Source of the DNA: a virus
Lineage: Duplodnaviria; Caudoviricetes
DNA length: 40,687 nucleotides
Strand: one strand, 5' to 3'
Virus record (IMG/VR): IMGVR_UViG_3300026737_000004
Location: 1 to 40,687 of that record
Positions 9,840 through 20,291 of this stretch are shown here, one piece after another (positions within the stretch are counted from its first letter, which is position 1; each line of letters opens with the position of its first letter). A program made the translations under genes and the position numbers. A model generated the notes under the pieces. That model worked only from the letters and a program-made list of their open reading frames with translations. It was not told the DNA's origin and searched no databases.

Positions 9840-9870
9840 ATGATTACTTACAAATCGAAAGGGGATATTT

Positions 9871-10320
9871 ATGGCTAAAACTTTATCGAGAATTAAAAAA
9901 GTTGATATTACTACAGTAATTGAATTAGATGATGATATAGAAGAAAGATCTAGAACAATCACTGTTAAGAAAGCGCCACTGGGTAAATGGAAGCAGCTAA
10001 CTGATAATGTTAAGGTTCTTTTTGATTTGCTTCCAGAAGTGTTGGAGGAAAAAGGAATTGAAAATCCGCAAGAATATATGATGCAGATGAGCGAAAAGGA
10101 GATCATAAGCTATTTGCCTGACATGTTTAGAGTCGCTACTGATGAAGTAATCGACATACTTTCTTTAGGAACTGGAGTAGATGTTGAAACTTTAGAAGAT
10201 GAAGTCGGAATAGATGAGGCAATCGAGTTATTTGAAGCAGTTATTGAAGTTAATAATCTGGTTAAGGTTGTGGAAAAGGGAAAAAACTTAATGAAGCTCC
10301 TGAAGAATATCAAGAACTAG
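9871..10320 (+). CDS. Tail assembly chaperone (gpG-like)
   Basis: Between tail tube and tape measure genes; slippery site near the 3' end. Confidence 0.8.
   Translation: MAKTLSRIKKVDITTVIELDDDIEERSRTITVKKAPLGKWKQLTDNVKVLFDLLPEVLEEKGIENPQEYMMQMSEKEIISYLPDMFRVATDEVIDILSLGTGVDVETLEDEVGIDEAIELFEAVIEVNNLVKVVEKGKNLMKLLKNIKN
10278..10287 (+). other. -1 programmed ribosomal frameshift site (G GGA AAA / A AAA AAC)
   Basis: In-frame X XXY YYZ heptamers; the -1 frame is open from 10284 into ORF 10374-10766. Confidence 0.85.
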
Positions 10321-10766
10321 ATCCAGAAAATCAGTTTGATAAATTAGTCTGGGATATTCATAAAATAACTAAAATGTCGAAAAATGAAGTTTTAAATCAA
10401 ATATATCCAGATGAAATTGAATATATTTTTGATATCCAAAGGAGAAATGAATTAGAAAAATATACTGGTTATTTAAATCAGTTTATGGCTGCAAGTTCTG
10501 CCTTTGGCGGTGGAGATAATGCTAAAGAATACATTGAAGATTTGATTGATCACATTAATTTATTATCTGGGAATGAAGAAAGTAGCTCTAATATAGATGA
10601 TTGGTATCAAGAATATGAAGAGCTAAAAGAAAAAGAAACTAAAACCATCAAAGATGAAAAACGGATTAAAGAATTGAAAAAGAAAATGAATAATCATATC
10701 GATAGCGAAATCAATAAACTTAAAGGTTTAAAAGATGCTCCAGGAGGTGCAGCAAATAATGGCTAA
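10284..10766 (+). CDS. gpT-like frameshift extension of the tail chaperone (G-T fusion)
   Basis: 30 stop-free codons from 10284 to the annotated ATG 10374, which has no clear RBS. Confidence 0.8.
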   Translation, partial: KLNEAPEEYQELDPENQFDKLVWDIHKITKMSKNEVLNQIYPDEIEYIFDIQRRNELEKYTGYLNQFMAASSAFGGGDNAKEYIEDLIDHINLLSGNEESSSNIDDWYQEYEELKEKETKTIKDEKRIKELKKKMNNHIDSEINKLKGLKDAPGGAANNG

Positions 10767-13700
10767 TTTAGGTTCTCTAGTATATTATATTCAAAACAAA
10801 AACGCTCAATTCAAACGTGGAATGAGAGAAAATCAGCAAGAAATTAAAAAATTAGATAGAGAAGCTAAAAGAAGCCAGGGAACTTTAAGGCAATATTCTG
10901 CTGCATTTAAAAAGACCGGGATGGCTTTAACAGCTTTTGGCGCAATAATAACCGGTGTAAGCTTTAAACTGGCTAAAATGGCATCTGATGCTAATGAGAT
11001 ACAGTCCAGGTTTAATTATGTTTTTGGTGAAATGTCAAAAGATGCAAATAGTTGGGCCGAAGATTTTGCAGACAGCTTTAATCAGTCAACTTCTGAAATT
11101 AAATCAATGATGGCTACATTGCAAGATACACTTGTTCCGATGGGAGTAGCTGAAGAAAAGGCTTTCAGACTAAATAAAACAATAACTCAATTAGCGATAG
11201 ATATGAGTTCTTTTGCTAACGTGCCTTTAGAACAGGCAATGAATGACATTCAAAGTGCAATTGTAGGACAATCAAGACCAATGAGAAAATATGGATCTGT
11301 ACTGACTGAAGCTCGAGTTAAAGCAAATGCTTTAAAAGAAGGTATTATTGATACTGATAGAGAGCTAACTGAACAGGAAAAGATATTATCAAGAGTTAAT
11401 TTGATGATGCAGGACATGTCCAAAGCTCAGGGAGATTACAAAAGAACTCAAGATAGTTTTGCGAACAGATTAAGAGAAACTAGAAATTTATTAAAAAATA
11501 TTGGAGAAGAAATAGGGCGATATGTATTACCTCAAATTAGCGTTTTATTAAGCCATGTTCAATCTGGTATTAACTGGTTTGACCAACTGCCAGCTCCTCT
11601 AAAAGAAGTTATAAGCCAGTTTGCTGTATGGTCAGGAATTATGGCAGGCATTGTTGGGCCCCTGGCATTATTCGTAGGATTTTTACCTCAAATAGCAGCA
11701 GGTTTATCAATGGTTAGCGGAGGCTTTGCACCTTTCTTAATCGGTGGGGCTGTAATAGCTGGCGTAACCAAACTTGTAAGTATTTTTAATGATTTAAATG
11801 ATACTCAAGATGATAATTTGGAAAGCACTAAAAACCTTGTTGAAGAATATGAAAATTTAAGCAGTAAAGAAAATAAATCTAAAGAAGAAAAAAACAAATT
11901 GCTCGAAATTTCTCAGGACTTAGCCGATCTTTACCCAGATGCTGTAGAAGGAATAAATGATGAGACTGAAGCTTATGAGCTTAATACTGAAAAAATTATA
12001 GAAAATGCGAAAGCTAGAAATTTAAAATCAATGGCTCAAACTATTGAGGAAAATATCGATAGAATTGAAAGAGAAAAAGAAGCACTAAACGATCAGACCA
12101 AAGCTCTTAAAGATTATAATGATGAGTTAAAAAATGTAGGTCAAATTGACAGTATTGCTTTGGAAAATGCTATGGGAGTAATTTCCCAGACAAGCTTTGT
12201 TGATCAGATAGGAAATTATAAAACTCCCGAAGATTTTATTGAGCTCGGAGCAAATGAACAGTTTCAAAATGAAGTTTCTAAACTACCTAAAGTTGTTCAA
12301 AATAGGTGGAATGTTGCTTTAGAAACAATGCGTAAATTCTATAATGCTTCAGCTGATGGCAAAAATATAATTGGCACAAATGAACAAAAAATAAAAAATT
12401 TAAATAAGCAATTGTTAGTCTGGCAAAAGAGATCAGAATTAATTAATCAGAGATTAGAAGGAGTCATTAGCAATAAAGAATTCGAAAAAAGAATGGCTGC
12501 ACTTGCCGGTAACAAAACAAGCAGCTCAAGTAGTGATGATGAAGAGGAAGAGGAAGAAGATGAAACCGATCCAGAAAAAGCTGAAAAGCTAAAAGAATTT
12601 AAAAAAGAACTGCAGCAAGATATCGAAGATTATAATTTTGATAGAGAACTAAAAGGAATTAAAAATGCATCTCAAAAAGCTAGAAGAGAATTAGAAAAAG
12701 AAAAAGGTGAGAAACTGCTTAATGCCAAAAGTCTTGGGGCTAGCGATGAACTTCTGCAAGAAATAAGAGATTTTTATAACAGAAGAATTGGAAATGCTAT
12801 TAATGATATTACAGAAGAAAATAATAAAGAATCATTAGAAGCTGAAAAAGAATATCTAAATCAGAGACTATTATTGCAAAAAGAAGGCAAAGAAAAGGAA
12901 ATTGAGCAGGTAGAACAATGGTTTGAACAGGAAAAAGAAAAAAGAAAAAATCAAACCGGCGCTTTAGAAGAATTGCGCAAGCTAAGAGAACAAAAACTTC
13001 TAGAAATTGATAAAGAATATGCAAAAAAAGAACAGCAACTTCAAGATGAAATAACTGAAAATAAATATGAAGCTGGAAAAATATCGCTTGAAGAATATAT
13101 AAATTATTTAAAGACCAGGCTAAAAGATTATAAAAAAATGACAGATGAATGGGTAGAATTAAATGCTAAAATTAATGATTTAGAATGGGAATTAGGATTT
13201 CAGAATGAGACCACTACTGATTTTTACGGTTTATGGAAAACTGGCGGGCCCAGTGGCTCTGAAAATGAAGAATCGAAACCTTTAAACTGGCTAGTTGATT
13301 CATTAGTAGAAATAGGATATGAAGTTGATCATGTAAATCGAAAATTTAAAGACTGGCAAGATAATCTGATTACTGGTTTATCTGATGCAATAGCTCGTGG
13401 CGAAAGCTTAGGAGATGTCTTTAAGAATTTAGCTAATCAAATATCATCTATGGTACTTCAAAAAGCAATAGTTGGTCCTATGGTAAATTGGGCTTTAGGC
13501 GGAATTGGTCTTGATGGAATTGCCCACAGTGGTGGCTTAGTCACCGTCAATGGTGTTGAAAGTTTAGATAATTTTCATGTAGGCGGAACTGTTGGTGGCA
13601 AAAAACTTAGGCCAGATGAAAAAGTTGTTAAAACTAAAGTCGGTGAATTAATCTTAACTGAAGATCAACAGCGAGGTGCAATTAATGCTCAAGGGGGCGG

Positions 13701-13854
13701 CGGAGACAATGTTGAAGTGTATCAGATAAATTCTCCTGATGCCCAGTCATTCCAAAGACTATTAAAACAAAATAAAGCGACTATAGTAAATATTGCAGGG
13801 GAAGACATAATGGCAAACGGTAAGCTGAGAAAAATAATGCAGAAATTCACTTAA
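10759..13854 (+). CDS. Tail tape measure protein (start ATG 10759)
   Basis: >1000 aa helical/coiled-coil protein, central hydrophobic segment, C-terminal FHVGG motif; GGAGG RBS. Confidence 0.92.
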   Translation: MANLGSLVYYIQNKNAQFKRGMRENQQEIKKLDREAKRSQGTLRQYSAAFKKTGMALTAFGAIITGVSFKLAKMASDANEIQSRFNYVFGEMSKDANSWAEDFADSFNQSTSEIKSMMATLQDTLVPMGVAEEKAFRLNKTITQLAIDMSSFANVPLEQAMNDIQSAIVGQSRPMRKYGSVLTEARVKANALKEGIIDTDRELTEQEKILSRVNLMMQDMSKAQGDYKRTQDSFANRLRETRNLLKNIGEEIGRYVLPQISVLLSHVQSGINWFDQLPAPLKEVISQFAVWSGIMAGIVGPLALFVGFLPQIAAGLSMVSGGFAPFLIGGAVIAGVTKLVSIFNDLNDTQDDNLESTKNLVEEYENLSSKENKSKEEKNKLLEISQDLADLYPDAVEGINDETEAYELNTEKIIENAKARNLKSMAQTIEENIDRIEREKEALNDQTKALKDYNDELKNVGQIDSIALENAMGVISQTSFVDQIGNYKTPEDFIELGANEQFQNEVSKLPKVVQNRWNVALETMRKFYNASADGKNIIGTNEQKIKNLNKQLLVWQKRSELINQRLEGVISNKEFEKRMAALAGNKTSSSSSDDEEEEEEDETDPEKAEKLKEFKKELQQDIEDYNFDRELKGIKNASQKARRELEKEKGEKLLNAKSLGASDELLQEIRDFYNRRIGNAINDITEENNKESLEAEKEYLNQRLLLQKEGKEKEIEQVEQWFEQEKEKRKNQTGALEELRKLREQKLLEIDKEYAKKEQQLQDEITENKYEAGKISLEEYINYLKTRLKDYKKMTDEWVELNAKINDLEWELGFQNETTTDFYGLWKTGGPSGSENEESKPLNWLVDSLVEIGYEVDHVNRKFKDWQDNLITGLSDAIARGESLGDVFKNLANQISSMVLQKAIVGPMVNWALGGIGLDGIAHSGGLVTVNGVESLDNFHVGGTVGGKKLRPDEKVVKTKVGELILTEDQQRGAINAQGGGGDNVEVYQINSPDAQSFQRLLKQNKATIVNIAGEDIMANGKLRKIMQKFT

Positions 13855-13860
13855 TAGGAG

Positions 13861-14220
13861 GTGGTCTTTTTGGAAAAATTCCAATTTAGCCATAACAATG
13901 AATGGACAGACGGAATAAAATTTAAAACACTTGTCACAGAATTCGAAGGCGGCAAAGAGCAAAGAAGAACAAAAGGACTGCCTAGACGTTTTTTTAGACT
14001 TAACTTTGAGAAATCAACAATGACATCTGATCATGCTAATTATATCTATAATTTTTTCGTAGCTAGAAAAGGAAAGACTGAAGCATTTTTATGGGATTAT
14101 GAAAAAGACGATGGGACCATTGAAGAAGTAACAGTTAGATTTGACCAAGATGAGCTAGAAAGAACAGTTTTTATGAATTATATTTATAGGTTTGGTCTTA
14201 AAATGATAGAGGTGTTATAA
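13861..14220 (+). CDS. Distal tail protein (lambda gpM / DUF2460-like)
   Basis: FKTLVTEFEGGKEQRR...FFVARKG..EAFLW...VRFD pattern; follows the tape measure gene. Confidence 0.75.
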   Translation: MVFLEKFQFSHNNEWTDGIKFKTLVTEFEGGKEQRRTKGLPRRFFRLNFEKSTMTSDHANYIYNFFVARKGKTEAFLWDYEKDDGTIEEVTVRFDQDELERTVFMNYIYRFGLKMIEVL

Positions 14221-14221
14221 A

Positions 14222-15061
14222 ATGCCTAAAACACTATCGCCAGATATAATTGAAGAAAAAAATAAAGATTATAACTGGCCTATAGAGCTTTATCAAATTT
14301 TTCTTGATGAAGAAACATTGTATTTTGCTATGTTTCCTAAAAATATAGAGTTTTTTGATGAAAATGGAAATCCACAAACTTATTATGCTGCATCAATAAG
14401 CCGGTCGGAAATAAATAAAAACAACAATACTTCCCCGGACTCAGTAACAATCACTTTTGATAATGTTATGAAAGAATTCTCCGGTTTAATTGCGAATGTA
14501 AACTTCGAAGGCAGAGAAATGACAATCTGGCAAGTTTTTAAAAATAGGCTAGATAAACCAGAAAACTATAGAGAATTATTTACAAAAGGTGAAATAGACT
14601 CTTTTAGCACTGATGATTATAATTTTACAGTTGAATTAAGATCTAACTTAGATAAATTAGAATTGCAGCTACCTGGCGGAACTTATGGAATTAATTGTTC
14701 TTGGCCGGGCGGTTTTGGAGGGGAAGGCTGCGGCTATAATGTACCAACCCTAGAAGGAACTGTTGATAGCATCGTAAATCAAAGAGTTTATGATAGCAAA
14801 ATGAATCAGCCTGCAGACCGCTGGAAACACGGAACTATTAAAATAGGAAACGAAAGCAGAAAAATTGTTTACTCAGCCAGCGGGTTTGTAGATGTTGAAT
14901 ATCCATTTCAAAGAGCTCAGCCAGGAGATAACTACTATCTTGAAGCTGGGTGTGATTTTACCTGGAATGGAGGTCATGGCTGCAAGTACTGGGGCAATCA
15001 AAAATATTACAGAGGTTTTCTTGATATTCCGAAGATCAGGAATGTGAGGTTGGTTGATTAA
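14222..15061 (+). CDS. Tail tip hub protein (lambda gpL / BR0599-like), probable Fe-S cysteines
   Basis: C.W...GGEGCG and AGCD......C..WGN...YRGF..IP cysteine pattern. Confidence 0.75.
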   Translation: MPKTLSPDIIEEKNKDYNWPIELYQIFLDEETLYFAMFPKNIEFFDENGNPQTYYAASISRSEINKNNNTSPDSVTITFDNVMKEFSGLIANVNFEGREMTIWQVFKNRLDKPENYRELFTKGEIDSFSTDDYNFTVELRSNLDKLELQLPGGTYGINCSWPGGFGGEGCGYNVPTLEGTVDSIVNQRVYDSKMNQPADRWKHGTIKIGNESRKIVYSASGFVDVEYPFQRAQPGDNYYLEAGCDFTWNGGHGCKYWGNQKYYRGFLDIPKIRNVRLVD

Positions 15062-15447
15062 TGAACCCAGAAAAGTATCTTAATAAAAAATATAAGTTTA
15101 ATGGTAGAGGAAAAGGTGGTTATGATTGCTTAGGTTTAGTTGTTGATTTTTTAGCTGATAACGGCGTCATTTTGCCAGATACTGACGGCAGGATTATAGA
15201 ATCTGATTGGATGACAAAAGATAAAAACAGACTTCCGAATGGATTAAGTTTATATTGTGATCAAGTAGATATCAAAGATAAGCAACCCTTAGATGTGGTT
15301 GTTTTTTTAGTTGGCGGGATTCCAAGACATGCCGGCGTCCTAATAGATAATTATAAATTCATACACATATTTGATAATTCGACAGCAAGAATCAGTAAAT
15401 TTGATAAGTGGAAAAAAAGATTACATTCAATCTGGAGAGTGAGGTGA
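15061..15447 (+). CDS. NlpC/P60 tail-associated peptidase (gpK-like)
   Basis: GRG..GYDCLGLV catalytic Cys, HAGV, FIH. Confidence 0.88.
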   Translation: MNPEKYLNKKYKFNGRGKGGYDCLGLVVDFLADNGVILPDTDGRIIESDWMTKDKNRLPNGLSLYCDQVDIKDKQPLDVVVFLVGGIPRHAGVLIDNYKFIHIFDNSTARISKFDKWKKRLHSIWRVR

Positions 15448-15454
15448 GCAAGCA

Positions 15455-18181
15455 ATGGGAGTAGGAGCAATAGTAGGATTAGCAGCAGGCGCTGCAGCAG
15501 CCGCATCTACAGTAGGAGGAATGACTGTAGCAGCCGGAGCAATGTTGGGCTTTTCAGTCGGTAACTCTTACGATAATTATAAAGAGGCCAAAGAATTCCA
15601 AGAGAGCATGAATCAGTCAAAGAATTCACCAACTTATAGCTTTGGCCCGATATCTAATACTAAATCGCATCAAATACCGATACCTGTAGCTTATGGCCGC
15701 AATCTTGCAGCAGGAAATATAATCAACCAAAAAATTCACGGCGAAAATGATAGATACATGGATCTTCAGGTTGGGATTTCTGAAGGACCAATTGAAAGCA
15801 TTTCAGAAATTAAAGCAGATGATAAAGATGTTTCTGCAGAGGTTAAGTTAGGCTACCGAAGTCAAACAGCCTGGAGCAAAAATGAACACGGACAAACCTT
15901 CCCATATCTTGCTTATTATTCACTAACCTTAGATGCAGAAAAATTAAAGACATCAGGTACTCCAACAATGACCGCGATAATCAAAGGACGTCACGTTAGA
16001 GTGTGGACCGGAAGTAGATGGGTCACTAAATACAGCAATAACCCTGTTTGGTGTGTTTTAGATTTCTTAACAAATAAAAGATTTGGTTTTGGAGTTAAAG
16101 ACAAGTTTATTAATTTTGATTCATTCAAGGAAGCGGCTGAATATGCAGATGAAATAGTAGATGGGGAAAGAAGATTTGAACTAGATTTTATGATTGACGC
16201 AAAAAGTTCAGCGCTTGACATATTAAATGAAATACTTTCTACTTTTAGAGCTTTTTTAATTTATTCAAACGGGCAGCTAAAATTAAAAATTGATAAACCA
16301 GAGATAGCAGCTCAAAGCTTTACATTTGAAGAACATATTATTGCAGAAAGTTTTGTTAGATCAAGAACATCAAGAAAAGATAGATATGAATCAGTAATTG
16401 TAGAATATACAGACCCTAACGAAAACTTTGAAACAATCGGGGCTAGATTTTTAGATAAGAGTGTTCCCGGGGAAACGATTAAAACAATAACTTTAAACGG
16501 TGTAAATCGATTTAGCCAGGCTGGTAGAGAGGCGCGGTATTATCAAAAGAAATCGAAGTATTGCGTAGAAGTTATAAACTTCAAAGCCGGCATAAATTCA
16601 GTTGAGGCAGAAGTTGGGGATAAAGTCCTAATAACTCATCCAAGACCAGGTTGGACTGATAAACCATTTAGAATTATGGAAATCAGTGAAAGCGAAAATG
16701 AAGAGCTGGCTATTACTGCTGTCGAATATAACGAAGCAATATATACTGACAATGGTATAGTGCAGCAAGAAAATTATGGTTCAGAACTGGAAAACCCTTT
16801 GGAAGCTCCTAGAGAAGTATCTGATCTAAAAGTATCAGAATATGGATATACAACTGTAGATGGAAATTTAATGTCAAATCTGATTGTCGAGTTCAGCACT
16901 CCAGACGATGAAAGATTTGCTAAAGCAATAATAGATATATCCGAAAACGGTGGGCCTTATAGAATCAGAGGAGAAACAGAAGGCGGCAGTTTCGAAATTG
17001 AAAATCTTAAAGTCAATGTGTCTTATCAAGTTAGAGTGCGAACAGTTTCTAAATATAGAAGCATAACCAGCGATGGTGTAGTTTCAAGAGAAATAGTTAT
17101 ATCCGGTAAAGACAACAAACCCGCAGCACCTGAAACTTTGCAAGTCGCTCAAAAAGGTGCAAAATTAATATTCAAATGGCAGGAAGTAAATGAGCCAGAT
17201 GTTTTAGGTTATGAAATTAGAAAAGGAACAGACTGGGATAATGGAGAAGTTCTCGGGACTAAACTTACTGGAGACAGATGGACTTCTGAAAATGAAATTG
17301 ATGGAACACATATGTATATGATTAAGACAATTGATAGAGTTAGACAGTATTCAAGTGATTTCACATCAGTAATTTTTGAAGTTTCAGGTACTGGCCAGGA
17401 GCTTAATATAATTATCGAAAGAAATGAACTTGATTATATAGATAATGCAACACTAGATAATATAGATAATATTAACGGCAAGATAGCATTCTTCCACATG
17501 TATAATTTAGAAGACTTAGCCGGCTATAATCTTGATGATTGGCCTGATATTCCTGCTTTTGCAGACGGTTTGCCTGATTATGACTTTAGTGCCGAATATA
17601 TGACAGAAATTATCGATACAGTCAGAATTGGAAGGACAGATATAAGACTCAAAAAAGACTGGTTCTTTCAGGACTTAGGATTAAGTTTATTGAGTTTTCC
17701 TAATCGCGGACTTGATGATTTCCCTAATAATAGTTTAGACAATCCACCTGCTATTTATGAGACTGAAACATATGTTAGATTTTCTGATGATAGTGTGGAA
17801 TGGTCAGACTGGCAAACATACATGACCGGAGAATACAAATTTAGATACTGCCAGTTTAAATTTACTTTTCAGCTGGAGACAGAAACTGCTGAATTTGAGC
17901 TGAATGAAATCAAACAATTTTTTGATGTCCCTGATTTAGAATTGGAAATTGATAATTTTGTAATACCAGTAGGAGGAGCAACAATTAATTATAGTGATTA
18001 CGGAATAGAATATTATGAAATTCCTAGAGGGTATAATTATTACTTGCTACAGGATGGATCAACAATGAAATATGCTGATTTTCAAAACAAAACTATAGAT
18101 AGTGTAGATGTAGTTATAAAAGATATCAATAATAATGATGTCGGAGGAACTGCAGAAAAAATTATAATCGAAGGATATTAA
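15455..18181 (+). CDS. Tail tip/central fibre protein (gpJ-like) with Fn3 domains
   Basis: IPVAYG, ISEGPIESI, YSNNPVWCVLDFLTN, Fn3-like YQVRVRTV and GYEIRKG. Confidence 0.85.
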   Translation: MGVGAIVGLAAGAAAAASTVGGMTVAAGAMLGFSVGNSYDNYKEAKEFQESMNQSKNSPTYSFGPISNTKSHQIPIPVAYGRNLAAGNIINQKIHGENDRYMDLQVGISEGPIESISEIKADDKDVSAEVKLGYRSQTAWSKNEHGQTFPYLAYYSLTLDAEKLKTSGTPTMTAIIKGRHVRVWTGSRWVTKYSNNPVWCVLDFLTNKRFGFGVKDKFINFDSFKEAAEYADEIVDGERRFELDFMIDAKSSALDILNEILSTFRAFLIYSNGQLKLKIDKPEIAAQSFTFEEHIIAESFVRSRTSRKDRYESVIVEYTDPNENFETIGARFLDKSVPGETIKTITLNGVNRFSQAGREARYYQKKSKYCVEVINFKAGINSVEAEVGDKVLITHPRPGWTDKPFRIMEISESENEELAITAVEYNEAIYTDNGIVQQENYGSELENPLEAPREVSDLKVSEYGYTTVDGNLMSNLIVEFSTPDDERFAKAIIDISENGGPYRIRGETEGGSFEIENLKVNVSYQVRVRTVSKYRSITSDGVVSREIVISGKDNKPAAPETLQVAQKGAKLIFKWQEVNEPDVLGYEIRKGTDWDNGEVLGTKLTGDRWTSENEIDGTHMYMIKTIDRVRQYSSDFTSVIFEVSGTGQELNIIIERNELDYIDNATLDNIDNINGKIAFFHMYNLEDLAGYNLDDWPDIPAFADGLPDYDFSAEYMTEIIDTVRIGRTDIRLKKDWFFQDLGLSLLSFPNRGLDDFPNNSLDNPPAIYETETYVRFSDDSVEWSDWQTYMTGEYKFRYCQFKFTFQLETETAEFELNEIKQFFDVPDLELEIDNFVIPVGGATINYSDYGIEYYEIPRGYNYYLLQDGSTMKYADFQNKTIDSVDVVIKDINNNDVGGTAEKIIIEGY

Positions 18182-18193
18182 AGGAGTGATGAC

Positions 18194-18895
18194 ATGTCTC
18201 AAGATTTTGATATAAGAACGACAAATAAAGATGGGCTTGATGCTAATGGGCCCGGTCTTAAACAAGTTTTATATGGCAACTTTTTAGCTATTGTAACTCA
18301 ATTTGCAGGAGAGACTGCTCCAACCGACACTTATCAGGGAATGCCCTGGTTAGACATTTCGGAAGGTTGGGCAAATGCAAAAATGAAGTTTTGGAATGGG
18401 TCTGAGTGGGTGCTGCAGAATGAATATAATCCTTATATTAAGGATTTAAGAGTTTCGAGAGGAACAAAAAACACTCTCTGGGAGCGGCTAGAAGTTGCTC
18501 TTAATGAAGACGGAACTATCAAATCTGACCTTGCTGAAAATATGACTGAATGGATTGACAGCGCATTAACTGCAACTTATGTAAGCGCTGATACTTTTAC
18601 AGTGCCTGGTGACTATATAGATACATTCGTCACTAATAGAAAAATCAAAGCAACTCTAGACGCAAGCTCAGTTTATTCAGCTGTAGAATCAGCAAATTAT
18701 GATGGAGTCAATGATGAAACAACTATAGTGCTGTTTGATACAGTGATAGATGCAACAATTCAGAAAGTCGAATATGGGCTTGTGAAGGCTGGCCCGGACG
18801 GCTCAAATCCAGAAAACAACTTGATAGATGAGACAACAGGCGATATTTACGAGCTAAAAATGATTGACGGCTCATTAGCAATGGAGGTTAGATAA
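18194..18895 (+). CDS. Tail fibre/baseplate-associated structural protein
   Basis: FAGETAPT..YQGMPWLD...KFWNGSEW motif seen in fibre N-termini; synteny. Confidence 0.6.
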   Translation: MSQDFDIRTTNKDGLDANGPGLKQVLYGNFLAIVTQFAGETAPTDTYQGMPWLDISEGWANAKMKFWNGSEWVLQNEYNPYIKDLRVSRGTKNTLWERLEVALNEDGTIKSDLAENMTEWIDSALTATYVSADTFTVPGDYIDTFVTNRKIKATLDASSVYSAVESANYDGVNDETTIVLFDTVIDATIQKVEYGLVKAGPDGSNPENNLIDETTGDIYELKMIDGSLAMEVR

Positions 18896-18898
18896 TAT

Positions 18899-19210
18899 AT
18901 GAGAGGTTTTTCAAAAGTGCTTAATTCAAGACAGGATTATGAAAATGTGATTAATGACTTTGGCTACACACCAAAAGTAAAAAGAGCATACCAGGGGCTG
19001 CTAAATACAGCCAAAAAGTATGAGTTCGACAAAGAACTTGCAGCAGAATCTGATAGAACTGGCCCTGAGCCTGAGTACAAAGTTATGACTCAGGAAGAAG
19101 AGGGAGAAGAAAAGATAGTGCAGTTCAAGCTGGTAGATAATCCAAACGGAAAGATATTTAGATTAGGATTTACAGTCGATGAAGTCCAGGAGGTGATTGA
19201 CCAATGTTAA
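18899..19210 (+). CDS. Hypothetical protein upstream of the DGR target (possible fibre adaptor)
   Basis: ORF with GGAGG RBS, overlapping the start of the target gene. Confidence 0.65.
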   Translation: MRGFSKVLNSRQDYENVINDFGYTPKVKRAYQGLLNTAKKYEFDKELAAESDRTGPEPEYKVMTQEEEGEEKIVQFKLVDNPNGKIFRLGFTVDEVQEVIDQC

Positions 19211-20241
19211 GTTTCGTAGGAGCTGATTCACCTTCATTCTACAATTTCAAAGGACATATAGAAAAAAGCGCTGCTGATGAAATTACAGTACCGCCTCTGG
19301 CCCTGAGGATTGACAGACAAAATCTTAAAAAAGAAACTGATACTATTCTGACAGCCGCTGACAATGATGGGAGCTTTGCAAGTTTCACTCTTGGTGAAAA
19401 CTATTATATATATGCGCTGCAACCATCAGCTGATGCTGAGCCCGATTTTGTTATTTCAATCAATTCTACTTACCCGGATGGTTATACTGAAAACAATTCA
19501 AGAAAAATTGGAGGTTTTCACTACGGGCGTATTAGAACCACTGCTCAAAGATATGATGATACTGCTTCAATTGCGGTTAATATACTACCTAATTCAGTAT
19601 GGTCTCTTAATTATCGACCGGCTTGCGATCCAACCGGAATGGTCAAAGTATCTAACTTCTGGGCTGACATATACCTTGCCAGTGAAGGGAGTGGGACTTG
19701 GCCAGAAACTGAACTTGTCAGTGAATACAATGCAACTCCAGTGTCAGGAACTGAAGGTTATAACGATTATGATTTTATTAGAGGTCTTGCTAATGTTGGA
19801 AAAAGCAAATTGACCAGGCAAGAATGGTTGATGGCTGCTTACGGTAGCCCGGAAGGTCATGAAAATGACAATAATGCTGCATGGTCTAGCTCAAGCAACT
19901 CAGGCAGAACCGCAACTGGAACTGTAGAACAAGCAGTTTCTTGTTATAACCTAGTCGATTGTGCTGGTAACCTTTGGGAAAGGCTAGATGAGTATACTTA
20001 TAGATATACTGGAACTACATCATTTAATTGGTTTGATGTTTTAAACGCGGGGAAAGACTCTTCGCATCAACACGGAGAAGCCTATATACAAGGAAATCCT
20101 TCTATTATTGGGGTCCTCGCCGGTGGCCACTTCAACCATGGTAGCATCTGCGGTGCTCGGACGGTCCACTCGAACAATAGCCCGTGGTACGTGTACACTA
20201 GCATTGGCGTGCGTGGCGCCTGTGCTCATCAGAGTGCCTGA
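19204..20241 (+). CDS. mtd: DGR target: Mtd-like receptor-binding tail protein, C-type lectin (FGE-like) fold, VR at C-terminus
   Basis: IGGFHYG, PNSVWSL.YRP.CDP.GMV...FWADIYL, DCAGNLWE, C-terminal LAGG.F...CGAR......PW....IGVRGAC; contains VR. Confidence 0.88.
   Translation: MLSFVGADSPSFYNFKGHIEKSAADEITVPPLALRIDRQNLKKETDTILTAADNDGSFASFTLGENYYIYALQPSADAEPDFVISINSTYPDGYTENNSRKIGGFHYGRIRTTAQRYDDTASIAVNILPNSVWSLNYRPACDPTGMVKVSNFWADIYLASEGSGTWPETELVSEYNATPVSGTEGYNDYDFIRGLANVGKSKLTRQEWLMAAYGSPEGHENDNNAAWSSSSNSGRTATGTVEQAVSCYNLVDCAGNLWERLDEYTYRYTGTTSFNWFDVLNAGKDSSHQHGEAYIQGNPSIIGVLAGGHFNHGSICGARTVHSNNSPWYVYTSIGVRGACAHQSA
20112..20230 (+). repeat. DGR variable repeat (VR), 119 bp, ending in a GC-rich IMH-like tract
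   Basis: 112/119 identical to TR; mismatches at 20128, 20137, 20167, 20180, 20188, 20194 and 20201, all opposite TR adenines. Confidence 0.97.
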
Positions 20242-20291
20242 TAATCTGAAAATGGTTTTTGGTTAGTTTTTGAACTTGAAGGAGTGGTGAT

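Noticed and set aside
12518-12565. Ser/Glu/Asp low-complexity tract in the tape measure gene
   Set aside because: Ordinary disordered linker; no frameshift or repeat element evident.
246-18265. Numerous minus-strand ORFs across the structural module (e.g. 5384-5965, 9801-10106, 12809-13024)
   Set aside because: Antisense shadows of strong plus-strand genes, without RBS or recognisable motifs.
19364-20229. Alternative-frame and antisense ORFs inside the DGR target
   Set aside because: Shadow ORFs of a well-supported gene, with no motifs or RBS.
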